Below, one piece after another: positions 44,105-54,687 of a stretch of DNA of 64,000 nt (the first letter of the stretch is position 1; every line of letters starts with the position of its first letter). The stretch lies in assembly GCA_013416795.1 (NCBI GenBank), contig RQSC01000525.1:2812-66811 (forward strand). The letters run 5' to 3'. Source of the stretch: Prasinococcaceae sp. CCMP 1430 (taxonomy: Eukaryota; Plantae; Prasinodermophyta). The position numbers and the translations under genes are program-made. The notes under the pieces are model-generated. The model saw nothing but the letters and a program-made list of their open reading frames with translations. It ran no database searches and was not told the DNA's origin.

Positions 44105-46519
44105 ATGGCGTCTCCGGCGGCTTCGGGCGCGCCGCCCGTCCTTGGCCTGGCGGCGCTGCCGCGGCGGCCGCGCGCGCGGACCGCGCGCGCGCTGCCGGTT
44201 CTCGCGGACGGCGGCGGCGGGGGTCCCGCCTTGCCGAGGCCGGGCGCGCACGAGGTGCGCACGGTGGTCGGACCCGGGATCTCGGTGTGGACGGCCGCCT
44301 CGGAGATGGAGCACAGGATCGCCGAGGGCCGCTTCGCCACGGACTGGCGCGCGTCCAAGACGCTCGACAGGACCTCGGTGACGGTGCCCATGGGCGGGAC
44401 GCTCGCGGCGCTCGCGCGCGAGGCGGAGCTCAACCCCGAGGAGATCGCCGCCTCGGGGCTCAACCCGCGGCTCGCAGCGGACCCCAGGAGGCGCCTGCTG
44501 GCGGGAGAGACCATCCACCTGCCGCCGGGGTGCCACCTTCCGGAGGAGATCGTGCACGAAATCGAGGAGGGCGACACCATCGTGGTGCCCAGCGGGAGCA
44601 ACCTGTACCGCCTGTCGCGCAGCCTCGGGACCTCCACGAGCGCCTTCGCCGAAGCCAACAAGGACCTGCTGCTCGCGCGCAGCCCGCGCGGTGCCGACTA
44701 CGTGCTCGCGGGCGAGACGCTGCGCGTGCCGCCCGAGGCAATGCCTGCCCTGCGCGCGCAGGCGAAGGCCACGCACGCCGTCCAGGGAGGGACCTTGGGC
44801 ATACACCTCGGCGGCTCCGCGCCCAACGCGGCGCTCGCGGGCGGGTTGCTCGTGTGCGTCGCCGCCGCTGGGGTCGCGCTCGGCGTCAAGAGCGGCCACG
44901 TTGTTGTCCCCTCCTTGCGCATGCCGCGTCTCGTGGGCGAAGACGCAGCAAAGGATGGCCCACATAGGCTGGCACCGCTGCTGGCGTTCGTGGCGAGCGC
45001 CCGCGTGGCGACGGGCTCGGCGCTCGCGGCGGCAGCCGCCGTCGCGAGGGACAAGATGGTAGCGGCGCGGGACGCCATCCAGGCGCAGCAGCAGCCATCG
45101 TCAGACGGTGCCGGTAGCGACACGGCTGCGACGCACACACAGCCACCTTCACCTGCGCACACAGGGGACTCCACAGACGCCGCGGGCGCAAAGGCGCTGT
45201 CGCAGCCCTCGATGCAAGAAGAGGAGGACGACGCCATGGACGACGCCACGACGCCTGCGCCCTTTGCCAGCGCGGACCACTCGACGCCTGCTCCCTCGCC
45301 TGCCGACGCGGCCGAGTCGAGCAACGATGCGGGAAAGGGAGCGAGCGATACTGGCAGCAACGGCGCCGCGCCGATGAGCGCCGACTTGAACGGCACGGGC
45401 GTCCACTCGGATGTGCTGTCACCGCTGGGTGACGCATGGGGGCGCATCAAGGGGCTCGGGCGGCACGCAGAGGAAAACATCGCCAAGCCGATGGCAGAGT
45501 CGTACTGGGCCGAGGAGGCGCCGGTGCCAGCAAAAGATCAGAGCAAGGAGGAAAGCTCGAACGGAACAGCCGGAGCTACGAAATCCGACGGAGCCCCGGC
45601 CGTAGCGACGGAGGGCGCAGAAGCAGCGGTCAACATGTTTGAGGCGGCAGAGATGGAATACGACAGCCAGTCGAAGGAGACAGCCGGAGAGGAGAAGAAG
45701 GCGAGCGCTGCTGGCGAGCACCACGCTTTTGGCGGTGCAGCAGATGCCAACAATGAAGAAGCCGGGCGAGACGCTTCCAATGGTGTCGAGGCCGGCGCGT
45801 CCGAAGACGACGACGACGAGGACGATCACGATGCGGACGGCGACGGCCCACCCTCGCACGGCGATGGTCGGGAGAGCAGTCGCGTGGACGCATCGGTTGA
45901 CGTCGATGGCCCACACACGGGTGGCGCGAACGGGACGGATCTGGCCGTGGTGCCGCCTCACGAGCGTGAGCACGCACTCGCGAGGGTTGCGGCTGCTGTG
46001 ACCACCATGGTCGCCTCCGAGAAGCCGTCCACGACAGTGATCCGTGCCACCCCTGGCGAATCAGTGGTGTCTATCGCCGCCGATCCGAAGCTACCTCGCT
46101 GGGCGGAGGAGCGCGCTCGCGCGTTCGAGGGTACCACGGACACGCTGCTCAGCAACACGACACAGAGCGCCGTCGCTACACCCGAGGCCGAGAGCCCCAC
46201 CACGCACATCTCCTTTGTTGCCGGCGAGACGCCGACCAGCGTCGCCTCCGTCACCGCCGCGGACGCAAAGACGAGCGGCGTGATTGTTGCCATCGACGAG
46301 GAGAGGCTCACATTCACCATGACAGTACTGCGCAAGGACTACGAGTTTCTGCGCGATTGGTGGCCCAAGAGCGTCGTGCGTGTAGTCACCCGGCCGGTGG
46401 TTGCGCCGGTGCTGGCGATCCTCACGGGCGCCTATGCGATCACGAGCCTCATCGTGGACGCCTTCTTCAGGCACAGCAAGTTCAAGCAACGGTGGGAAGC
46501 GGGTTCACTGCTCAAGTAG
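44105..46519 (+). CDS. LysM-repeat protein with transit-peptide-like N-terminus, central hydrophobic segment and long acidic linker
   Basis: LysM-like units VTVPMGGTLAALARE..LNP..LLAGETIHLP and IVVPSGSNLYRLSRSLGTS..ANKDL..YVLAGETLRVP; TM-like LAGGLLVCVAAAGVALGV; hydrophobic C-terminal VVAPVLAILTGAYAITSLIV. Confidence 0.65.
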   Translation: MASPAASGAPPVLGLAALPRRPRARTARALPVLADGGGGGPALPRPGAHEVRTVVGPGISVWTAASEMEHRIAEGRFATDWRASKTLDRTSVTVPMGGTLAALAREAELNPEEIAASGLNPRLAADPRRRLLAGETIHLPPGCHLPEEIVHEIEEGDTIVVPSGSNLYRLSRSLGTSTSAFAEANKDLLLARSPRGADYVLAGETLRVPPEAMPALRAQAKATHAVQGGTLGIHLGGSAPNAALAGGLLVCVAAAGVALGVKSGHVVVPSLRMPRLVGEDAAKDGPHRLAPLLAFVASARVATGSALAAAAAVARDKMVAARDAIQAQQQPSSDGAGSDTAATHTQPPSPAHTGDSTDAAGAKALSQPSMQEEEDDAMDDATTPAPFASADHSTPAPSPADAAESSNDAGKGASDTGSNGAAPMSADLNGTGVHSDVLSPLGDAWGRIKGLGRHAEENIAKPMAESYWAEEAPVPAKDQSKEESSNGTAGATKSDGAPAVATEGAEAAVNMFEAAEMEYDSQSKETAGEEKKASAAGEHHAFGGAADANNEEAGRDASNGVEAGASEDDDDEDDHDADGDGPPSHGDGRESSRVDASVDVDGPHTGGANGTDLAVVPPHEREHALARVAAAVTTMVASEKPSTTVIRATPGESVVSIAADPKLPRWAEERARAFEGTTDTLLSNTTQSAVATPEAESPTTHISFVAGETPTSVASVTAADAKTSGVIVAIDEERLTFTMTVLRKDYEFLRDWWPKSVVRVVTRPVVAPVLAILTGAYAITSLIVDAFFRHSKFKQRWEAGSLLK

Positions 46520-46833
46520 TGCACCCCCCTTCAGACAATCGAAGGCGGGCACGGCAGCGGGAGTGCGCGCGCGCTCTCGGCAAGTATACATAGCCAAGCG
46601 AAAGGGCGCGCAGCAGCTGCTGGCGGCGCAGTAGGCATTAGATGCAATGCGCGTCGTTTCTTACAGCAACGTGACCGCACAGAAGAGCACACCGCCGGGG
46701 CCACGCGCGGAAGAAGCCAGCGCGCGCGCTCGCCGCATGAGAGAGGGGCCCTGCGACGAGCGTCGAGAAAGAATGTGCCCGCTTTGGGGTAGGGCGGGAG
46801 GTGGTAGGTGGTAGGGCGGCGACGGCCTGCGCT

Positions 46834-49322
46834 CTACGCCCAGGGCTGCCTTTCGCCGCCGACAACCACGGCGCGCGGGAGGGCGCGCCTCTGTCGCCCG
46901 TGCATCTGTTGCCGCGCGCTCGGCACGACGCTCGCGCGCTCCATCCTGTGCGCGGCCGAGCCTGGCGGCATCGCGCCGACGCGCTTGTTGCGGCCCATCC
47001 GTCCGTACGACGCGCCGAACTGGTCTTCCGGCGGGCTGAAGTCGCAGTACTCCAGAGCGGCCATCTTGGCCATCTTGGACTCGCCGACGCCCGCGACGTT
47101 GCTCCACGCGGCGTGCTGGTGCGCGTGTCTGTGGGCGCGCTGTACAGCGCCTCCTTTCTCGCGTACCTGTTGCTCTCCGCCGTGCTCCGCGACGGGCGCG
47201 AGCCCCCGCCACCGGCCTGCGTCCCCGTAGCGAATTTCGCCCTCGTTGGATCTGCCGACGCCCACGGCCTTGCTCCATGCGGCGCGCTGGTGCGCGTGCT
47301 TGTCGACGGGCCTGCTGCCACCGCCTTGCGCGCGCACAGGCTGTCGGCTGCCGTGCTCGGCGACGGGCGGAAGCCGCTGCCACCGGGCAGCGTCGCCGTA
47401 GCGAATCTCGCCCTCGTTGCGGTGGCGCGCATCGTGCTCGCGGGCGCCAATGCGCGCGCGCAGCCGTTCCCGCCAGCGATCCGCAGCCGCTTCCACGCGC
47501 GGGAGCAACTGTCCGCCGCCACCGCGCCACGCGGGCCGCGCTGGGCCGTCGCTCAGCGCATCGGACGCCACGCTCGCCGCGCGCGAGTTGGCGCGCGAGA
47601 ACTCGCGCCCGCGCAGGAATTCGCTCGGCTTTCGGCCCGCTGCGCCGTTGGCGCCGTTTGCCAGGTTTGGCTTCTGCTGCGCCCAGCGCGCCCGCAACGC
47701 CACCAGTCTCTGCGCCGCTAGGACCGCGGGATCAGCCCTGGCGTGCGCGGCAGGCCGAGCGCGCGGATCGCAGCGCACCTCGATCGCGCCAGCAGCGCCT
47801 CGCAGGGCTGGCAGTCGCACGCCGCCGCGCTCGCGCGCGGGCGAGCCCCCCTCTGAGCGCGCGCCGCTCGGTTTGCTTTGGCGCTTGCCCCGGTCATGCC
47901 CGTGCTTGCGACCTCCACTGTCTGCGCCATCCAGGCTGCTCATGGGCAGGGCGCTCTCCGATGCCGCCACGCTGCCGCCCGCGGTCGAATCGGCGTCGCA
48001 TTCGCTCGCGGCGTCCGTCGGATACCTGCTCGCGGGCAGGCGCTTGGAGAGAAGCCGCAGATTCCGGGGCACCTTGATGGTGCTGCACATGCCCTTGCTG
48101 TTGAGCGGGTGGTTGGCATTGCTCTGCGCGTGCGACACGGCGCTGATGCAGCTGCGCGGCGTCGCGGGCTCCTCCGCCTCCCTCGCGCCGGGCAGCAGGT
48201 GCGCGCGCCTGCGACGGGGGAGATCGCGACGGCGGGAGTCATGGGGTCGTGGGCGTCCGCGGCGCACGCCCGCGCGTCAGGACCTTTCAGGGGATGCGTG
48301 GCGCACGGATACCGTCACGGTGACACGACATCCCCACAGCGGACAGCGCGCTTCTATTGCGCGCACGCACCTCCTGATGCAGCTCATGCGCAGCACATCG
48401 GCGACCGTCGGCCTCGTCGATGGCTCCGGGTCGAGCAACGCGCGGATGACGCGGCTGAGGTCCGAGCTGTAGCTGCTGGAAATGGGCGCGTAGCTCGCGC
48501 GCATCACCTTCTGGCGCAGCTCGGGCAGCGAGCGGGCCTCGAAGGGCACGCCAAAGGTGCACATCTCGTACAGGCACACGCCCAGCGCCCACGCGTCCGA
48601 GCTGAAGGAGTACGGGCGGTTCTTCCACACTTCGGGCGGCATGTAGTGCGGCGTCCCGATCTGCGTGGTCGCGAGGCGCCCCTTGAGCAGGCGCGCGACG
48701 CCCAGGTCGCCGAGCTTGACGACCTCGGCCGTCTTTCTCATCACGTTTGCGAGTTTCACATCGCGGTGCAGCACCTTCGCCTTGTGCAGGTGCTGCACGG
48801 CCATGGCCATCTGCATGAAGTATGACCAGATGGTGTTTTCGGCGAGCGGACGGGCCTGCTGCTTGCGCCGGCGCACGTAGCGGCTGAGGTCGCCGCACGG
48901 GCAGTATTCCATCACGATGCACAGCTTGTTGTTGTCCACGAAGCTCTCGTAGTACTCGCATATGTGCTCGTGCGCGACGCCCGCGAGCAGGCGGACCTGC
49001 GTCGGCGCGGAGCCGCGCGCGCGCGGCGCAGTCAGCGCCCGCGCGCGGAATCGATCGGACGCGGTCGTCGTGGCGCGGCTGCGCTGCGCGCCGCTCGCAC
49101 TGCGCCGGCGCGCCGACCCACCTCATTGACGGCCTCGATGCGCTCCGCCTGCGACATGTGCCTGACGTTGGTTTCCTTGAGCGCGTACGTGGCGCCATCG
49201 CTCTTCCGGCGGACCTTGTACACCGCGCCGTAGGAGCCCTTGCCCAGGAATCGCTGGACCTCGAAGTGCTGGTGCATCTCGCGCTGCCCGCCCGCCTGCG
49301 GGTGCGCCTCGCGGTGCGCCAT
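46834..49322 (-). CDS. NIMA-related (NEK) Ser/Thr kinase, CNK2/FA2-like
   Basis: FEVQRFLGKGSYGAVYKV..YALKE..AVNE|VRLLA, HRDVKLAN, KLGDLGVARL, TQIGTPHYMPPEVWKNRPY; post-kinase TIKVPRNL..LPASRY motif; minus-strand TGTAA at 46665-46661. Confidence 0.88.
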
Positions 49323-50103
49323 CGCCGCGGCCGCGCGGCGCGCTCGAGCGCGCCGCCCGCTCCCTTGACCGCCCGACGCGCAGGCGGCCGCACACCCCCG
49401 CCCCGCGAACCGCCTCCCGCGGGCGATCGACCAGTCGATCGCCGCGAACACTCCCCCGCGCACGCGCCGCCCGCGGGCGCGCGCGCTCTGTGGCCTCCGC
49501 CACTGCCACTGCCACCCACACCCACCCACCGCCCAATCCCTCCCGCACGCCCAGCTAGGAACGTCCCCACTCCCCCCCCAACCCAACACACCCAACACAC
49601 CCACACACACACACACACCACACCCGCAGCCGCGCGACGAGCGTCGCGCACCGCGCGCACACACACGCGGTCACACGCGCTCTCTCGCGCGCTCGGGGAA
49701 CCGCCGCACATACGTTCGAATGCGTTTCGGCACCGACGACACCCAACGGGCGAACGGCTCTTTTTTTTTGTGCAGTCGTTTTTTTTATTTGACTTCGAAA
49801 TTCTTTTTATTTTAAATGATTTCTTTTTATTTTTTAAATTCTTTTTTTGGGAGGTGGAGGTTTAGGTGGTGTGTGTGTGTGGGGGGGGGGGGAAGCTGGG
49901 GTGGGGTCGAGCTGGCGGAGGGCGCGGCGGGGCCTCGAGCAGAGCACTGAGCGCTGTGAGCGGCGGGCGGGGAGAGAGCTGGCGTCGCTCGCGTGGCGGG
50001 GCGCAACGGCCGGCGGCGGGCTCGCGGGCTCGGTGTGGCAGCCCGTCGATTACAATGGCTGACCGCGGCGGCGCGCGCGCGCGTGCGTGGTCGCGCGCGC
50101 GCC

Positions 50104-51600
50104 CTACTCCGTGGGGAAGGAGAGGTCGAAGGGCCGATGCACCACCGGCGCCTTGGGCGGCCTCTCCGCGCCATCACCCCCGCCCGCGCCGTCGCCGGCC
50201 TTGCGCTTGCGCTCGCCCGCGCGCGAGGGCGCCGCGGCGATGGCGCCCTGCAGTCGGCGCAGCGCCGCGGCGTCGAGCGCGTCCACGTCGAGCCAGTTGT
50301 CGGAGCCGATCGGGAGCTGCGCGCGCGCGAAAGAGGCGCGGGGTCGGGCGGGTCGAGGAGCATGCGCGCGCGCGCGCACATGTGACGCGGAGCGCGCGGA
50401 CGGCACTGGTGCGTGAGCCCGAGCCCGCGAAAGCAATCGAAAGGAGGCGCATGCATGCGCGCGCACAAAAGCGCACACGAACGCGCCATGACGCACCTTG
50501 CTCCCTGGCCCTTGGTGCTCCGCCGCGATTGAGTAGAGCGCGGCGACGGTGTCCTCCCCCCCCGGCACGAGCGCCTGCAGCGCCGCCTTGAGCTCCGCGC
50601 GCTCCTCCTTGCTCGGCCGCGCGCCCGCGGCGAAGCGCGCCTCCGAGCGGATGCCCGCCAGCGCGCGGTCCACGGCGGTGAGCGTGCGTGCCAGCGCGGC
50701 GTAGCGCCGCTCCGCCGCGGCGGCCTCGCCTCTGTCCTTCGCCAGCGCCGCCGCGAGCTCCTCCGCCTCCTCCTCCGCGCGCACGCGCGCGCGCTCCTCG
50801 GCGAGCTTGGGCTCCACGAGCGCCTCCCAGCGCTCCTCCAGCCGCTCCGCCATCGTGCCGGCCATCACCCACACGTCCGAGCGCGGCGCGTTGTACGCGC
50901 GCGCGTTCTCAAACACCAGCCGCATGTCTGACAGCACCTGCGCGGGGTGCGTGTAGATGGCCTTGTCGAGGCGCGTCTTCACCGTGCCGAGGTCCATCGG
51001 CCGCGTGATCACCTTGTAGTAGTCCGCCAGCCCGAGCGTGGCGGCGTCCACAGGCTTGGCGAAGGGCCACGCCCACCGGTGCGTGAGCAGCGCGCGCACC
51101 ACGCCGAGGCACGCCTTCAGAATGTCGCCCATGCGCCTCCGCGCGTCGCCCTCGCGCTTCCTGCGGTCGTCGTCCCACGTGGGCAGCGCGGCGGACAGCG
51201 GGCACGCAGCGGCGCGCGCCGACGTCGCCGCGCGCGCGGAAGCCGCGCGGCGCTCCTCGGCCATCGCGCGGCCCACCTGCGCGCGCGCGCGTGGGCGCCC
51301 GCGCGCGACAATCCCAGTCAGCTGTGCGCGGAACGCGGCGCTCGCTGCCGAGCCTCCCCCTTCCACCTCTCTCCGACTGCTCTCTCCCTCGCGCGTGCGC
51401 GCCCAGGGACTCTGTTAGGGTTGATGCACGCACCTGGTCGGCGAGCTTGGTGAGGTCGGCGAGCTGGCTCTCGAGGTCGGCGCGCTGCGTGGCAGCGTCG
51501 ACCGCGGACAAGCTTCCCATGGCATCCAGCGCCGCCCAGCCCTCGGCGCTCGGCGCGCCCGGCGCGGGCTCGGCGCCGCCGCCCCCTCCACCCCCGCCGC
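50104..51600 (-). CDS. Bromodomain + ET-domain protein (GTE/BET family); 5' exon(s) near gap N51880
   Basis: HRWAWPFAKPVD..LGLADYYKVITRPMDLGTVKTRL..DMRLVFENARAYN; ET-like SKEERAELKAALQAL...LDVDALDAAALRRLQ; TGTAA at 50054-50050. Confidence 0.9.
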
Positions 51601-52367
51601 TGGCGGCGCGGCGTGAAAGGTGAGGCGCGCGCACGCGGCGTCAGCGAGCGAAGACTCCTGGGTGCGCGGGCGCGCAAGCGCGCACGCACATGGACACGCG
51701 CGCGCGCGGGCACTCCAGCGCGTGTGCACCTACTCGTAGGTGCGTCGTAGGCGCGCGCGCGCGCGTGTGCCAGGGTGCGCGCGCGCGCGCGTGCGCCTGC
51801 AACAGCACTCTCTCGCGCGCTCGAGTTCGCGCGCGCTCACCTCGCCCCGCCGCCGCCGCCGCCCGCGGAAGCTGCGGCCNGGGGCCAACGCGGCAACGAC
51901 AGAAAGCAAGCGCTGACCAGATAATATTATTAGCACGGCACTCCTGTCCTACCGCTCTGCGGCGTCTACTTGCCCGGCGACTTCATGAGCCACTCGTTGG
52001 ACTCCATGCGCCCCCCGACCCAGCTCCCCCCCCTCCCGCACGCCAGCGCGCGCGCGCGCGCGCGCGCACTTTTTCATTTCCAAATTTTCGACGCGCCCTT
52101 TCCGCGATTTCGTCCTTCATCCGAGCGCCATCGAAACGCCTTGTGATGTAAAAAACGGCAGCCAAGCTCGTTTCGCGAAAGGAATTTGGCGCGGCCTGGC
52201 TGGCGCGGCGCGCGAACGCGGCGCTTGCAGGTCGTATTAGGGTTGATGCAATGAATAGGGTTTACAACATGTACAAAAACACACGGTCTCGCGCGCAGCG
52301 GGGGCCACCGGCCGAGCTTGGCCCCCTGCGCCCCCTGCGCCCCCTGCGCTCCCCGCGCCCCCCGCGC

Positions 52368-54224
52368 TCACACGAAGTACAGGCTGTGGCTCTGCGACCG
52401 TGCGTCGCTCAGCGCGTCCCTCGCGGTGAGCGCGTCGAGCTGCGAGCTGATGTCGTCGCCAGCTTCGGCCCCCGCGCGCCCCGCCGCTGCCGGAAAGCGA
52501 ACGTCCTCGTCGTCCGCGTCCTCCACCTCCTCCTCTTCCTCCTCCTCGTCGTCTGCGTCTGGCCACGCTGGGAACGGGTCCTCTGGATCCAGGCCGTTCA
52601 ATCCGAGCTTCCACGCGTGCTCAGCATCCCCGTCGGGCGCATCGCCCGCCGCGTCAGCGCCCGCCTCCTCACGAGTGACCAGACACGCGTCGAGCGCCCT
52701 CTCGATGGCCGCTTGGTCGAGGCTCTGCCCGATGAAAACGATCTCTTGCCTCCTGTCCTTCAGCACCGGCCCCTCAAAGTCCTTCATGATCATGTCGCGC
52801 TCTGGGGTGCCCTCAGGCGGCCAAAACTCCGAAGGCAAGGTCGACATCCAGCCGCCGCCGCAATTGAACTGCCCAACCGCACCCGCCTGGCTCCAGTCGC
52901 CCAGCTGCTTGTCGCGGCCCGCCAGCCAGACGAACCCCTTGCTGCGGAGGATGTTGCCGAAGGACTCACGCATGCGCGCGGTCCTGGCCTTTGCCTCGCT
53001 CTCGCGCTCGGCCGCCTCGGCCGCCCTCTGCGACTTGGAGGCGTCGCTCGAGCCCTCCTCCTTGCCCGTCATCCCAATCACCAAATCATCGTCACTGTCT
53101 TCGTCATCGTCATCTATCTCCTCGATGTGCCAGCTCGTGTCCACCTCGACCGGCTCCTCGGGCAGCCGGACGACGAAGTGCTTGTCCAAAAACGCCTTGA
53201 GCCGCGAGGGGTGGAACGGCGTGCGCGCCCTGTACACGAAGCTGCTGATTCCGTACTCCTCCGTCTCGGACACGTGCGGCGCCTTCTCGCCCTCGCCGTT
53301 CATCGTCTTGAGCCAGCCCGCTGACTGCGTGGCCTTGGCGAGATCGAAGAGCCCGGTGCGCAGCACACCCGAGAGCGGCACGTCGCCGTGCTTCGCACGC
53401 ATGACCTTGGCGTCCGGGTTGAGCGCCCGCACGGCGCGCTCCACTGCGGCGGCCCTCGTCTCGCCGACGAGGTCGCACTTGGTGATGACGATCACGTCGG
53501 CGAACTCGATTTGGCTCATCAGCAGCGGCCCCACGTTGCGGTCGTCGCCCTCGTCCGCGCTCCCGCTGAAGCGGTCTTGGAGCTCGGCAGCCGTGGCCAT
53601 GTCTGCGTCAAAGCCCGCCGCGTCGACCAGCGTGACGCACGTGTCGAGCCGCGCCAGCTCGTTGAGCGAGCTCTTCCCACGCAGCGCCTGCTTGATGGGG
53701 CCAAATTCTTGCACCCAGTCGGCGGTAGGGTGCTCGCCGCCATCCTCGATCTGCGTCGCGAAGGTCTCGGCCACCTCGATGGGGTCGCTCACGCCGGTGG
53801 ACTCGATGACGATGGCATCGAACTCGTTGTCCGCCGTGAGGTCCGCGAGGGACTTCACCAGGTCCTCGCGCAGCGTGCAGCAGATGCAGCCGTTGTGCAG
53901 CTCGACGAGCTTCTCCTCGCGCTGCAGCACCTTGGTGTTGCGCACCAGGCCGGCGTCGATGTTCACCTCCGCCATGTCGTTCACCAAGACCGCGACCTTG
54001 AGCGGTCGCTCGCCCGACTTCTCCGCGTGCGTCTGCTCCAGTATGTTCTTCAACAGCGTGGTCTTGCCGGCGCCGAGGAAGCCGGAGAGCATCGTCACCG
54101 GCACCGCCTGCGACGCCGCGTCCGCGCGCGCGCCCGCCTCGCTATCGCCGCCGTGCCCGCCATGGCGGTGGCGATGGTGGCCTTCCGCCGCGTACGCCTC
54201 CAAGTCGCTCTCGCGCACGCCCAT
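52368..54224 (-). CDS. COG0523/CobW-family G3E GTPase metallochaperone (YciC/ZigA-like)
   Basis: VPVTMLSGFLGAGKTTLL, VAVLVNDMAEVNID, ELHNGCICCTLREDL, IESTGVSDP, QIEFADVIVITKCDLV, ETEEYGISSFVYRARTPFHPSRL, LRSKGFVWLA, DRRQEIVFIG; His-rich N-terminus. Confidence 0.93.
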   Translation of the reverse strand: MGVRESDLEAYAAEGHHRHRHGGHGGDSEAGARADAASQAVPVTMLSGFLGAGKTTLLKNILEQTHAEKSGERPLKVAVLVNDMAEVNIDAGLVRNTKVLQREEKLVELHNGCICCTLREDLVKSLADLTADNEFDAIVIESTGVSDPIEVAETFATQIEDGGEHPTADWVQEFGPIKQALRGKSSLNELARLDTCVTLVDAAGFDADMATAAELQDRFSGSADEGDDRNVGPLLMSQIEFADVIVITKCDLVGETRAAAVERAVRALNPDAKVMRAKHGDVPLSGVLRTGLFDLAKATQSAGWLKTMNGEGEKAPHVSETEEYGISSFVYRARTPFHPSRLKAFLDKHFVVRLPEEPVEVDTSWHIEEIDDDDEDSDDDLVIGMTGKEEGSSDASKSQRAAEAAERESEAKARTARMRESFGNILRSKGFVWLAGRDKQLGDWSQAGAVGQFNCGGGWMSTLPSEFWPPEGTPERDMIMKDFEGPVLKDRRQEIVFIGQSLDQAAIERALDACLVTREEAGADAAGDAPDGDAEHAWKLGLNGLDPEDPFPAWPDADDEEEEEEEVEDADDEDVRFPAAAGRAGAEAGDDISSQLDALTARDALSDARSQSHSLYFV

Positions 54225-54687
54225 GGCCGCCCCGCAGCCCACGCGACCTCCGCGGTGGGCGGCGCTCCCCGCGCGCTCGCCGCGCGCCGTCTACGCAGCG
54301 CTCGCGCGCGCCGAAAACGGAGGGCTCGCGGGAAGCGGGCGAAGGAGAGAGGGAGGCGATGAGAGGGGGGCGGAGGGAGAGAGGGAGGGAGCGGGGGAGG
54401 GGGGGGGGGGGAAGGGCGAGCGCGGCGCGCCGGCCGCCGCAGCCGCAGCGGCCGTGTTTCATCTTTCTGGTGTTGCGTCTTCTTGAAATGGAAATGTCAT
54501 TTCTGAATGAAATGTAAATTGATGTACAAATCAACGGAAGTACCATCGAATATTACAGTTTCCTTTGTAAATGATGATTTGGGGTTTGGGGTTTCGGTTT
54601 CGGTTTAAGGGTTTATTAAGTAGGGTTTATTATTCTGGCTCCGCTCGTCTGGTACAGTACGTGTCACGCGCGCCGCAGCGAGGAGGC

